Position numbers and translations under genes: made by a program. The notes beneath the pieces are model-generated. The model was not told the origin of the DNA. It did not search any database and worked only from the letters and a program-made list of their open reading frames with translations. From an uncultured Spirochaetota bacterium (lineage in GTDB: Bacteria; Spirochaetota; Brevinematia; Brevinematales; JAOACQ01), in the NCBI GenBank assembly GCA_963783575.1, contig CAWAOD010000014.1:352001-416000 (forward strand): a stretch of DNA of 64,000 nucleotides, in the 5' to 3' direction. This document shows, piece after piece, positions 20,048 through 31,826 of the stretch (positions are counted from its first letter, which is position 1; each line of letters starts with the position of its first letter).

Positions 20048-22567
20048 CTAAAATAAACCCTGTATAGTGAATACAGGCTGTAAATCCCAGAATAAATTTT
20101 GACTTCCGCCCATAAACTGAAATCTTTGAAGATTTTGATCATAATAACCTGTTCTTGCAAGATAGAAACGGATCGGTATCATTGGAATATTGATCTTTAT
20201 TCCAACGCCGAAGCTATAAATGTATCCAACAGGATTGAATGGAGCAACCTCATAATAATTACCCCAAACATTTCCCATATCATAGAAGAAGGCTCCCCAT
20301 AGCTCTTTACCATATATCTGAAATCTTAATTCTCCGCTGTAAAAAGCCTTGCCCTGGCCCCTGAAATTATTGCCCTGCCAGCCACGCATTTCATACAATC
20401 CGTCGAACCATTCCAGGTCATTAATATTATCAGGATTAAAATTATTTGTATTAATAGTAAACGGATTAAAATTTATACTAAATTGAGGTAGACATAATTC
20501 AGTAGAAATATGAGCCGCCAGAACAATTTTCCAAAATGGATTATAATAAATATCATATGAAATACCTGGTTTGATAAAATTTATTGCTCCGCCAACCAAA
20601 CCGCCATAATAATACAAAGTGGTTTTAAACACCGATCCCCTTGTTTGATTAAGCGGATTATCTGTAGTATCCCTTGTTGCGGATAAGGCAAGATCATTTT
20701 TAAATATACCATTTGTATTGCTTAAATAACTGATTAGAGTAGTATTTGTAACCCATTTATTCTGACCGATATCAAATATAAGCGGATTATTAAAAGTTGC
20801 ACCGTAATACCAGTTTATTGATGTATAATAACCGGCAGAACCTGTCCAATATGTAAAAAAACGTCTTGCAATATTAAAACCCAAAGATAAAGAATTCTGA
20901 TAAAAAACGTTATTCACATTTGTATAGTTTGTAATATCTTCATTCGGATTGTCAATATAACTAAAATTAGTACCGTCAATATAACCATTACCGCTGCTGT
21001 CTGCTTCTATATTTTGATTTACATACCGGTTAAATCCCAGATTAACAGTTATCGATGTCGGATCGTCAAAGAGCCATGGTTCAGTGAAGCTTGTGCTCAA
21101 TCCTTGCTGGAGCTGTCCATATGTTCCTTGTATTGAGACCTTCCTGCCTGTTCCTAAAAGATTGTTTTCAGCTATTTGCGCAGTTGCATAAAATCCGCTT
21201 ACCGTACCGTAGCCTAAGCCGAACGTGACAATACCAGTTCTTTGCTCTTCAACAGCAATGTCAATATTCACCAATCCTTCGGCGCTTCCCGGTAACACAT
21301 TCGGTTTGACATCGGAAAAATACTGCAGTGCGTTCAATCTATCCAGAGTCACCATAACTTTATGATGTACGAATATTTCACCTTCTTTGAATTCGAATTC
21401 CCGCCGGATAACATTTGCTTTTGTTTTTGTATTACCGGATATGGTAATATGTTCAATATGTGAACGGGAGCCTTCGGTTATGATTAATTCAGTATCAATA
21501 ACCATTGACTCAATATTTGTACTTATTTTATTGATATTTGTTGTATAAATATTTGTCGATTTAGTTAAAACCGGTGATACATTAGCATATAAATGCCCGC
21601 TGTCACTATATTTTTGATACATGTTATAGCGGATCATATCCATTTTCACTTTATCATATATTTCTCCTTTTTTCATATCAACAACCGTATACAGATCATT
21701 TGTTGTATATATTGAGTTGCCTTTTATCGTTATATCTCCAACAAAATATTTATCGCCTTCGGTCAAATCGAGATAAATGACAATGCCTTTGTGTTTATTA
21801 TTTCCCAATTCCTCAATTTTCCATTTGTAAATATTAACGGTTACATCCATAAAACCATTATGCTGGTAAAGCATAATTATATTATCCTTGTCCTTTTCAA
21901 ATTCTTCTTCTTTCAAAACACCTGACTCAAATATTAAAAACTTTTCTTTTGTTTTCATTACACCTTTAATATCCGATTCTTTCAACGTTTTATTACCGGT
22001 TATCTTAATTCGTTCAATGACAATCTTTTTCCCTTCAGTAACTTGGAATATCAAGTCATAAATATTTTTATTTGTATTTATTAACTTAAGTGAGTTTGTA
22101 ACTTTAGTATCTATAAAACCCTCATCTTCAAATTTTTTTTGGATAGCAATTATGGATCTATTTAATTTTGCTGAAGTAAAATATGAATTTTCAGTGAAAT
22201 CAATTTCTTTATCAAGATCATCTTTTCTAAGAGATTTATTACCTTCATATTTAATAGTTCTGATAAACTCATTTTCTTTGACAACATAGGTCAAAATTAA
22301 TCCATTACTTAATTCCGTAACCTCAATTTTTGAATCTGAGAATAAATCCAATGAAAATATATTTTTTAAAGAATCATTAATGATACTCTCGGTTACTATA
22401 TCACCTTCCTTAATTCCCAAAAGTTTTTTAACTTCATCGGGATATGTATTGGTTAAACCGATAAATTTAATTCCTATGACTTTTGGATTCTTAAAAGCAT
22501 CCTGCGTATATGCTACATTTACAATTATCAGCATCAATATGAATGATTTCAAGCACTTTATAAACAT
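20048..22567 (-). CDS. bamA: outer membrane protein assembly factor BamA
   Basis: POTRA repeats (ITISGNTKTKANVIRRE), EENNLLGTG-type barrel start, FTEPWLFD, MRGW loop, C-terminal Phe. Confidence 0.92.
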   Translation of the reverse strand: MFIKCLKSFILMLIIVNVAYTQDAFKNPKVIGIKFIGLTNTYPDEVKKLLGIKEGDIVTESIINDSLKNIFSLDLFSDSKIEVTELSNGLILTYVVKENEFIRTIKYEGNKSLRKDDLDKEIDFTENSYFTSAKLNRSIIAIQKKFEDEGFIDTKVTNSLKLINTNKNIYDLIFQVTEGKKIVIERIKITGNKTLKESDIKGVMKTKEKFLIFESGVLKEEEFEKDKDNIIMLYQHNGFMDVTVNIYKWKIEELGNNKHKGIVIYLDLTEGDKYFVGDITIKGNSIYTTNDLYTVVDMKKGEIYDKVKMDMIRYNMYQKYSDSGHLYANVSPVLTKSTNIYTTNINKISTNIESMVIDTELIITEGSRSHIEHITISGNTKTKANVIRREFEFKEGEIFVHHKVMVTLDRLNALQYFSDVKPNVLPGSAEGLVNIDIAVEEQRTGIVTFGLGYGTVSGFYATAQIAENNLLGTGRKVSIQGTYGQLQQGLSTSFTEPWLFDDPTSITVNLGFNRYVNQNIEADSSGNGYIDGTNFSYIDNPNEDITNYTNVNNVFYQNSLSLGFNIARRFFTYWTGSAGYYTSINWYYGATFNNPLIFDIGQNKWVTNTTLISYLSNTNGIFKNDLALSATRDTTDNPLNQTRGSVFKTTLYYYGGLVGGAINFIKPGISYDIYYNPFWKIVLAAHISTELCLPQFSINFNPFTINTNNFNPDNINDLEWFDGLYEMRGWQGNNFRGQGKAFYSGELRFQIYGKELWGAFFYDMGNVWGNYYEVAPFNPVGYIYSFGVGIKINIPMIPIRFYLARTGYYDQNLQRFQFMGGSQNLFWDLQPVFTIQGLF

Positions 22568-22578
22568 AATATCTCCTT

Positions 22579-25500
22579 TTAAAATCTTCTATTAACATTA
22601 AATTCAAACATCTGCTCATATAAAAAGCCTTTTTCAAGTATCTGAGCCGGTTGATACCTCCAGCCCAAATCGAAATTAATAAAATTAAATTCCAAACCCA
22701 CTGTGAAGCGGTAAAAGACCGATCATAGAATTTGTATTTTTGGAAAAAGTCATTTCATATTGAAAAAAAACATTAGGCAATAAATATCTCCCAACAGTAA
22801 AAGAAGTCCCATCAAAAATATTAATATTTGCATCACCTGTAAGGCTTCTCCTGGTTAGATTCTCAATAATTCCGGTTTTAATCGAAAACAGGTCAAGACC
22901 CAAACGTCTTTTTAAATCCAGAGCTATGGGATTAAAGATCAATACTTTTCCGGCGTTCTCTACAACGCTAATCCCGCTCAATGAATTTGTTTGTAAGTTA
23001 TTGGCAGCGCTTAGTGAATCGCTTTTAATACCCAGAATTGAAGATAACTCACTCTTTGATTGATCCGGTACGGAATAAAAATCGCTCAGAATTATTTTAG
23101 AAACTTTTCCAGTAAACGTCAAATAAATGTCTACATTTTCATTTTTACTATTCTTATATCTGTAAAAAGTATTTAAGTTTATATATGGTATAAAATCACC
23201 TGGATTGCCGTTAAAATTGGCATCTCCATCTTTAATAATAAAATCCCTGCCAAGATATGTAATGGACCCTCTATCAACTTTTATATTTCCTTTTAAACAA
23301 AATGAATTGTCACCAATCATTCCGGTAAGATATACTATATCGTTATTCCTTAAAATAGCATCAATATATTCATTGGAAAATTTTACTCGATTTCCAATTT
23401 TAAATGAAAGATCCCATTTAATATTATTAATTAATCCTGATTGGACAGGTAAATCCTGCATTTGATTGAAACCGGCCTGAATCTGAACATTTTCAGCAGC
23501 TATATCACCCTTTAAAGCCAATGATGACATATTTCCTTTAATTGAAAGCCTGTTGATAAGTAAATCTCCAAAAAATTTTAATGATGGTGTGTTATAATTT
23601 ACACTGATCGAATTGATTTTCTTATTTTCATCAGGTGTAATATTAACATCAATGAATGGCGACTGTATATCACTTAAGTCTATAAAACCATTAATTATAA
23701 AATTTCCAGTTAAAGTATTCAACCGGATATTTTGTAAAATTAATTTACTTTTCTCAACAGGTAAATCCAAGTCTAAATTTTGAATTCTAGTATTCAAATT
23801 GTTTATTGAAAAACCGGTTTGATTTAATTTTATATTTCCATTCAACTCCGGTGAATCAATATCACCCTTAATATTTAAACGGATAATTCCCTGCCCTTTA
23901 AAATCTATTAAGCCATTCAGATTTGTAATAATTTCAAGGGGTAATTTAAGATTGTTTGATGATGAAATTTTATTATTATTAATATTTCCATCGGAATAGA
24001 CGGCAAATTCATTGTTTTGAAAATAAAAATTCCATTTTTTTTCATTTTTGTTATCATAAAAAAATCCTGTTAACCCCGCTTCACTTTTTTTATTAAATTG
24101 GTAGCGATTACTTATCAGACTGACATTTCCGGTCATGTCTTTTAAAAGTTTACCAGATATTCTTATTGAATATAGATTATATTTTAAATATTGCTGTTCA
24201 TTCTGGGATTGATATATTAAATTATACGATCCTTTTAACACCTGAAATGCAGTAAAATTTCCATCACATGAAACGATCAAATCTCTATCATTTTGAATTA
24301 CATCTGCCGAAAAAATTACAGAATAGTTATTATCCTGATATTTTACATTATTGAGATTCAATTTATTTCCATGTTTTACAATTGAAGGTATTCTAAGGAT
24401 AAAATTTTCCGAATTCAAAGAATTTGTTATTTCGATATTTCCATTATAATCGGGATTATCAAAAGAACCGAAAGCATTTATTTTAGTTGATACAAAAACA
24501 TCCATGTTTTCTTTGTAAAAATTTTTGATAAATAGATTCTGAATATCCGCTGAAGCAAAAAAATCATCCTGTGATATAACAAAACTAAGCGACCCTTTTT
24601 TTTGAAAGCTCAGATTTCCCGATAACTTTTCATTATTTAATAATAAATTTCCTTTGCCAATAAGTTTATCATCGGATGTATCAAGTTCAAATTGACTTAT
24701 ATCAAGTGAACCATTATTATTTGTTGAATCAATATATAAAATATTGGTTCTGCCCAAAAGATTGTAGTTTGCATCAATCTTTATCTGTTCTGTAATATTC
24801 CGGGAATTTACAATATCAATATCAGCATATAAATCACCGGCTAACCCGATATTGGATAATGAATATTTATCGGTTTTAATCTTTATGGAGTTTGAATTAT
24901 TTATGGATTTAATATTAATAACGATATTATTATCAATGATCAGGTATGTGTCTATCTTATAATCATTTAATGAATATTTTACTTCGCCATGCAGGGGTAT
25001 CATGAATTTATTCCGATAATTTATCTTACCGTTGACTTTAATCCTTCCTTCATTATTATTTTTAAAATCATAAGCAAAATCTCCTGTAAACCTGATATCT
25101 TTTTTTATCATATGAATTTCATCAAAACTTAATAGATTGTCTTTATATTTCAATGATGCTTCGCAATATTTCTGTCCTTCATCGGAAACAGGTTTTGTAA
25201 ATCCATAGATTTTCGCTGAGACTTCCGGATGCATATTGCTGCCATTTCTTGCATTCATCTGTCCATAATAATACCCGCCAACTAAATTTAAAATATTGAA
25301 ATGAATATTGCTAACTATCGCCGAACCTGGAATGTTGCTTAAGGATACATTAATATCATAAAAATTTGTCCGGATTATTCCATTAATCAAAATATTATCA
25401 TCTTTTGAAACTGATGCCAGATCGATTTCATTAGAAATCAGAGTCATTTTAGTTTTAAGGCTTCCTAAATAACCGCCATTAATTGAAGTATCCTTTCCAT

Positions 25501-26683
25501 AAACCATACTTATGTTCCCGGATGAGTCAATAAAAAAATCACCGCTGATTTTTAAACCATCCATTAGATTAAAATTATTCAAAGTTAATGAACCGGAAGG
25601 TAATATATAATTGGTTAAAAATTGTAATTTACCCATTATTAAACCCTTTGAACCTGCATTAATTCTGCCATCTAAAATAAATGAATCATTATGACTTTCA
25701 ATGCCGATTGAAATAAGGTCCAGATTGGTATTTGATAAAGGCTGTACGGACATCCTTGCCATATATTTCTGTGGATCGATTTCGGAAATGAATTTAAAAT
25801 GATACGTCCCGTTTCCCAAGATATTCACAAACGGATATACGAGATTAGTGATTTTATTATTGATATCAAAATCACGCTCAATGTTAATCGATATTTTCCC
25901 CTTATTATCCTTAACAATATCGGCTAATTCGGTATTCCGGTAATCCAGATATATTTTATTACTGATATAAAATCCTATTCTCTCATTTCTTAATAAATTA
26001 ATTTCCCCCAAATCGGCATTGTATAAATTAAAAAACCCATAACCAATATTATTTGATAAGTTATAATCAAAATTTAACACGCTAGATGCCTGGAAATAAT
26101 TAAGCCGGTTAGCTGAAGATATGTTAAAAGACATATCCGTATCAAGATGAATTTTCAAATGTTTCAGGCTGAAATGCAAATTATTGATGACTCCGATGGT
26201 TTGCAAAGGGTTATTATTATATAAATTTATTGTAAACCTGTTGATTTTTATTTTAGAATTAATCATTTTCCATCGATTGTCAATATTTACAAGGAAATTA
26301 TTTCTTATATAATTATTAATTATATCTTTAATATCTTTCAAACCGGATCGCAAATCAATATTATTAATTAAAACTGCATCAATGGAAGCCGGCAAACCGA
26401 GGAAAATCAGTTTAAATAAATTATAATGAATACCTATTTTATCTATTTTAATGCTTCCGATCATCTTATGATTAATTTCAATATCTTTGAATTCAATATA
26501 AAGACCCGGTAAATTGAAAATATTTTGAATTTCAATATAATCAGCATTTGATACTTTACATGCTGCCAACTCAATTTGTGATTTATTCTTGTAAAAATAA
26601 TACTCAAATAAAGCGGTTACGGAGGCATAGACAATAAACAACAGCAATATTAAAAATACGGTATTTTTTATAAATTTAATCAT
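22579..26683 (-). CDS. tamB: TamB / DUF490 family protein, frameshift near the C-terminus (~22695)
   Basis: N-terminal TM anchor, long beta-rich body, DUF490-like end. After the apparent stop at 22685 another frame gives VGLEFNFINFDLGWRYQ...FEFNVNRRF* ending at 22579, just before the bamA SD. Confidence 0.75.
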
Positions 26684-26722
26684 CCGGACTAAACCTAAAC
26701 AAGTGCGTCACTAAGGCAGGCT

Positions 26723-28275
26723 TTAATTATAAGTCTGCATTTCTTCATTCAATTTTTCTAACAATCTTTTTTCTGCGGTTGAAATGGCCTGGGCTATATT
26801 CAAACCCTGACCTTTTACAGAAATTGTTAAACCCTTGACAACATTATTTGTTTCAACATCAATCATCGATAAAATAAGTTTCATATCAACTATCACGATA
26901 TCGCTTGCATTTACATCATAACTTTGAAAAGTTATATCTTTACCTATCTGGCCTAATACATTTATCTCACGGATACCCAAAAGAAATCTTTTAACCTGGG
27001 GACTCTTAACCTTCATATTCTTTAAAATTAAAGCTTTAATCTGATCTTCATTCATGCCCTGAATCGAAGAATTGTCAGGCAGTTCTATAGATATTATATT
27101 ATAACCCCTTTCCGCAAATTTTCCGGAAACCGTTTCCTGAAATTGAGGAATAAATTCCCTTTTTTGTTCTTTTTTATCGTCGTAAAGTATATCAATTATA
27201 CCAATTCCTGTGGGTATTACTTTATCATGATTTACTACAGTTAAATTAACCTGCAATGCCTGAGATTTCTGAAATTTCAAAATCTGCGAATAAAAATCTT
27301 CATCGAACTTCATTATATTATCAAATTTATCAGCAGAGAAAGTTACGGTAATGGATAACTTGTCGGTATCAGATCTTAAAATGCGATCCGCGGTAAAATT
27401 GACAAGACCCTGATCGTCACTGATATTTCCGGATTTAGTAATAATATTTGCATTGGAATTATTTTCGGTAATTAATAATGTAAAGCCTGGAACTCCCTTT
27501 CCAATTTTTGAGGATGATGTTTTGACTAGTATTGGATCGCTGCCGCCTTCAATGAAAGCATATCTGGAAGAACTTTCAAGAGAGAATGTTATGCTTGAAA
27601 GTATAAGTGTTATAATATTTCTGGATTCATCGTAAAGATCCGAGTTTTCTGCTGCTTTTTCGCTGATTATCAGAGCGCCTAGCGATAAATCAAGGGCTTT
27701 TGCAAGTTCACCGTTTTTGATGGCAGCATCGGCTTCAGTCAGGTATTGGGTTGATGTTGATCTTTGGTCGCTTACCAGTTTCTGGAGCCTATTTCTTTCT
27801 TTATCAATCCAGCTTTGTGGAAACTTTATTAATGAATACATTATAATCGTATTATCTGAATATTGTTCATAATACACATCTTCAAGATCAACGGCAACAT
27901 TCGCGCTGCCTTTCCCCTCGATGGTTTGAATTATATCCTCTTTAAAACTGGAAATGTTGTCAAGATCGGCCATTTCTTTCCTGGATTGAAATTTTGTTGT
28001 AGCCCTTACCCCGATATAATCAACCAATTGTGTAGTAGCGTCATTAATAGATTCACTTTTAGCCGATTTAAGATCGGCAGATTTCGAACTGATTCCTACA
28101 AAATAAATATAAGCACCGCCGCTTTTTTCTTCAATATCCAATCCGGTTCTTTCGGAGCAGATGTTTTAATTACTTTCGGCGGCTCATTTGCTTTTACAAT
28201 TGTATTTTGATCATTGCAGGATATAGCTGTAACTAAACCTAAAATTATTATCACTTTTAATAAAACACTTTTCAT
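26723..28275 (-). CDS. lipoprotein with LPP20-like N-terminal domain, frameshift at 28123-28128
   Basis: ATG 28275 gives MKSVLLKVIIILGLVTAISC (lipobox)...KEPDWILK; one extra A joins it to SGGAYIYFVGIS...AKSESINDATTQLVDYIG. Confidence 0.65.
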
Positions 28276-28371
28276 AAATACTCCTTCAGGGTCTATATTT
28301 CTATATTTAATATACCTTATATTAAGCCTGTTTTCATAAAATCTATCATCTAATTTTCTAATAAGATTTAT

Positions 28372-28962
28372 TTATGATAAAAATTGATATACAAAATAAG
28401 AAAAATTTTTTGATAATGAATGGCTTATTAAAAGCCTGAATTTAATCCCATTTTTTTCAATTGTCATTTCACTGTTTTGCATTCTAATATCAAACTGATT
28501 TAAAACCGGTGAAATATTTCTTCCAATTAAATCTTTTTGGGTCCATTCCAATGCATTTTTGTTTGCATAGATTATTTTTTTGAAATGATTGGTTATGATC
28601 ATTGGCTGTTCAAGATAGTCAAATACATTTTCATAATTAAACTTTTCGATATAATCTTCGAAATAAAATTGACAGGTAAATTCTTCATAAGAAATAATAC
28701 GAATGAGTTTTCCGGCTTTATCTATTACCGGAATTTTTGTATTTTTTACTGCTTCATTTTTAAATATAGTATTTGGAATAAGATTGGCTTTCATAAAGTT
28801 AATATTTTCAAATAAATTAAAATTACCCTCCATTATACCGATTTCAATATCTCGTTTCAAAACAACGCCAAGATAATCGTTGTCCTCAAATACCAGAATT
28901 CCATTAACTGCCGGAGCATGAAAAAAAAGTTCCATCAATTCTTTTGCCAATTCCACTTCCAT
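28372..28962 (-). CDS. hypothetical protein, CBS-like N-terminus and PAS-like C-terminus
   Basis: YLGVVLKRDI and IPVIDKAGKLIRIIS (CBS-like); PMIITNHFKKIIYANKNA (PAS-like). Confidence 0.45.
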   Translation of the reverse strand: MEVELAKELMELFFHAPAVNGILVFEDNDYLGVVLKRDIEIGIMEGNFNLFENINFMKANLIPNTIFKNEAVKNTKIPVIDKAGKLIRIISYEEFTCQFYFEDYIEKFNYENVFDYLEQPMIITNHFKKIIYANKNALEWTQKDLIGRNISPVLNQFDIRMQNSEMTIEKNGIKFRLLISHSLSKNFSYFVYQFLS

Positions 28963-28971
28963 AATGATTAC

Positions 28972-29988
28972 TCATTTTCTTCCATTTGTGAAGAAATCAT
29001 CTGCCTTAAATTTGAATTTATTTGTCAAATCATCACCGTCAATTGTAAAAATTCCCAATTTTTGTGGTGAATAAGCATAATAAAATCCATTTGTTTCCTT
29101 TTTTCCAACCATAAGTTCATTTGTAATAGATTCCATTGAAATAAATCTTGCATAAAACAAAGGATTTTTTAATCCGTAAAATGTTAACACAGATTCGTCA
29201 GTAACAATATCCAGAAACCTGGAAATATTAAGCGAATAAATATCCATTATTTTTGATTTTACGGAAAAATTATCGGATTCGGTTTTTATCGGGAAATTCA
29301 TAATGAATTTTTGACCGCCTGAATTTGTTTCGAACTTAAATTTTAAAGTACCGCCGTATTCCGACTGCAGTTCAATACTTTTCAACGATTGTAATGGAAT
29401 ATTAAAAATATCCCTGCTTCTTAATTCATTCGGTTTTTTTTCCATATTCAGGAATTTGCCGCAGGGAACAAGATATATCTTATCAATATTTTGATTTAAT
29501 ATAGTATAGTACATATTACCTGAAGAAGTTTTACTGCCGTTTATTAATTCTATAATCTGGGAATTGTTGAAATAAATTTTTATTGAATCAACGGGCCGGT
29601 CAAAACCCAGTTCTTTCATTTTATCTTCCGAAAGATTTGTTATTAGTGAATAGCTTTTCAAACCCGACAGATCATTGATAATTTTTAAAACGCTTTCATC
29701 ATCGGCTTTTTCCATCAGGGGGAATGTTTCCATCCATTCATTGGATATATATTCCAGAAGGGTTACATTTAAATTAGTACCATCATTATAGGATATTTCT
29801 AATTTATTTATATCATTTTTTTGAAGATTTTCCATCATAATTATTTTATCCCAATTTTCCTTTTTCTTATTTTCCGGAATTATTCTATAATAGTAATAAC
29901 CGGCAATTAATAATAAAATAATCATCAAAGTTGAAATTTTCAGTATGTTATTTAATATTTTCTTGTTCATTGAGTTTAAACCTTCCAT
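28972..29988 (-). CDS. DUF4340-domain membrane-anchored protein
   Basis: N-terminal TM, then two repeats of W.M..P...AD...LG.D.P / YGLKNP...L.VG...YYA. Confidence 0.65.
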   Translation of the reverse strand: MEGLNSMNKKILNNILKISTLMIILLLIAGYYYYRIIPENKKKENWDKIIMMENLQKNDINKLEISYNDGTNLNVTLLEYISNEWMETFPLMEKADDESVLKIINDLSGLKSYSLITNLSEDKMKELGFDRPVDSIKIYFNNSQIIELINGSKTSSGNMYYTILNQNIDKIYLVPCGKFLNMEKKPNELRSRDIFNIPLQSLKSIELQSEYGGTLKFKFETNSGGQKFIMNFPIKTESDNFSVKSKIMDIYSLNISRFLDIVTDESVLTFYGLKNPLFYARFISMESITNELMVGKKETNGFYYAYSPQKLGIFTIDGDDLTNKFKFKADDFFTNGRK

Positions 29989-30386
29989 ACATTAATAAAT
30001 TATTATATTGATTTTAGCATAATTCGATTAAAAACAAAACTAAATCAAATTAGTGTTTTTTATGAATTGTGACCAATTTTGTTTTTGTTAAAATTTGACA
30101 AAATCCAGGCCTCAATCTAATATAAATATTCAAAAATATTGAGCAATAGAGTAATATTAAGGGTATTTTAAAATAAAATTATTTGAAAATGTTAATCTTT
30201 ATTATTTCGATTGACATATCGAGAACCTGAGTTTACCCTGTTCATTTTTTACATATGTTTCAAATCTATGTATGTCTTACTTTAAAATGGCTCAGTCTTG
30301 AAACATAAATAAACTATCCCCGTAACAGTGGGGTATTCTGAAAGAATAACGCTTGTTAAAATTCTATGCAAGGAGAAATAAGCAGA

Positions 30387-31826
30387 ATGAATGGTCAAAT
30401 CCTAATATTAACCGCTATATTTGTTCCTTTTTTTGGCGCTCTATTACTTCCTTTTATCGGGTTCATTTCAATCCGTATAAGAAACGGTCTTTCATTGATT
30501 ATGGTAATGGTTTCATTTATTGCCTCCGCTGTAATGATTCCTCCGGTCTTTAACCATCAATACACATCGATTATCATGAATCTTAACGCCGGTTTTTTAG
30601 GAAATAATCCTGTACTATTCAAGGCTGACGGACTGGCCGTTTTTATGGCTTTAATTTCATCATTCATAGGCGCTGTAATTGTTTTTTATTCTTTCGGATA
30701 TATCAGCCACTATAAAAATCAAAATGAGTATTATCTTCTTGTCGTTTTGTTTCTTGGTTCCATGATGGGCATTGTTTATTCCACTCATTTAATTTTTCTG
30801 TATTTATTCTGGGAAGTTACGGCAATCTGCAGTTGGAGACTGATTGGATTTTACAGGGAAAAAGATCATGTTATTAAAGCCGATAAAGCTTTTATGGTGA
30901 CCTTTTTCGGCGCTATTGTTATGCTCATAGGCTTTATTATGATATATCAGCAATATCATACCTTTGATCTGACGCAAATCCCGAAGGGAACAATGCTTTC
31001 AGATTTGACCATTGTTTTGATAATGTTCGGAATTCTTTCAAAATCATCAACATTGCCTCTTCATACCTGGCTTCCCGATGCCGGTGTAGCTCCCGCTCCA
31101 GTCACATCGCTGCTCCATGCTGCCGTGCTGGTTAAAATAGGTATATATGTTTTTGCAAGACTTTTTGTTGTTTCTTTTTCACTGGGAACTGCCTGGCATA
31201 CTATTATTCCAGTTATTGCAGGAGTCAGTGCTCTGGTTTCGGCAGGAGTTGCCATTCTTGAAACGGATCTTAAAAGGATCATTGCTTATTCCACTGTCAG
31301 CCAGATCGGTTTTATATTTTTAGGCCTGTCTACCGGCAGTCCTATCGGTATAGCTGGCGGACTTTTGTATATACTTATGCATGGCCTCGCTAAAGGCGGA
31401 TTATTCCTATGCGCCGGTATCATTGAACAGAATGCAAAAACCAAGGATATTACTAAACTTGGCGGGCTTATTTCTGTGATGCCTGTTACAGCGATAGCTT
31501 TTGTTACATGCGCTTTTTCAATAATGGGTATACCTCCTTTTGGGGGATTTTTCAGTAAGTTTATGGTTATCAGCGGCGCAGTAGATTCAGGCCAGCCATG
31601 GATTGCATTAACATTCGTATTGGGAGCAGTTTTGACTGTTATTTATCTGTTCAGGGCTTTTATCACCGTGTTTCTGGGGCCCTTAAAAGCTGTTTCAAGC
31701 AGGGAGGGATCATCAACAATGGTTGCCAGTGTTGTTCTTCTCGCTTTCCTTTCTCTGGCAGGAGGTCTTTTAATCAATTTTCCGTCTGATTTTGTTCAAA
31801 CTATCTTACAGGGAGTGAAAGGTTAA
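30387..31826 (+). CDS. group 4 hydrogenase antiporter-like membrane subunit 1 (NuoL/MrpA-like)
   Basis: FWEVT, LSKSSTLPLHTWLPDA, SLLHAAVLVKIG, DLKRIIAYST, HGLAKGGLF, PPFGGFFSK. Confidence 0.85.
   Translation: MNGQILILTAIFVPFFGALLLPFIGFISIRIRNGLSLIMVMVSFIASAVMIPPVFNHQYTSIIMNLNAGFLGNNPVLFKADGLAVFMALISSFIGAVIVFYSFGYISHYKNQNEYYLLVVLFLGSMMGIVYSTHLIFLYLFWEVTAICSWRLIGFYREKDHVIKADKAFMVTFFGAIVMLIGFIMIYQQYHTFDLTQIPKGTMLSDLTIVLIMFGILSKSSTLPLHTWLPDAGVAPAPVTSLLHAAVLVKIGIYVFARLFVVSFSLGTAWHTIIPVIAGVSALVSAGVAILETDLKRIIAYSTVSQIGFIFLGLSTGSPIGIAGGLLYILMHGLAKGGLFLCAGIIEQNAKTKDITKLGGLISVMPVTAIAFVTCAFSIMGIPPFGGFFSKFMVISGAVDSGQPWIALTFVLGAVLTVIYLFRAFITVFLGPLKAVSSREGSSTMVASVVLLAFLSLAGGLLINFPSDFVQTILQGVKG

Noticed and set aside
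30313..30352. Two small hairpins before the hydrogenase operon as an ion-sensing riboswitch
   Set aside because: Stems are short, and I cannot match them to a known consensus.
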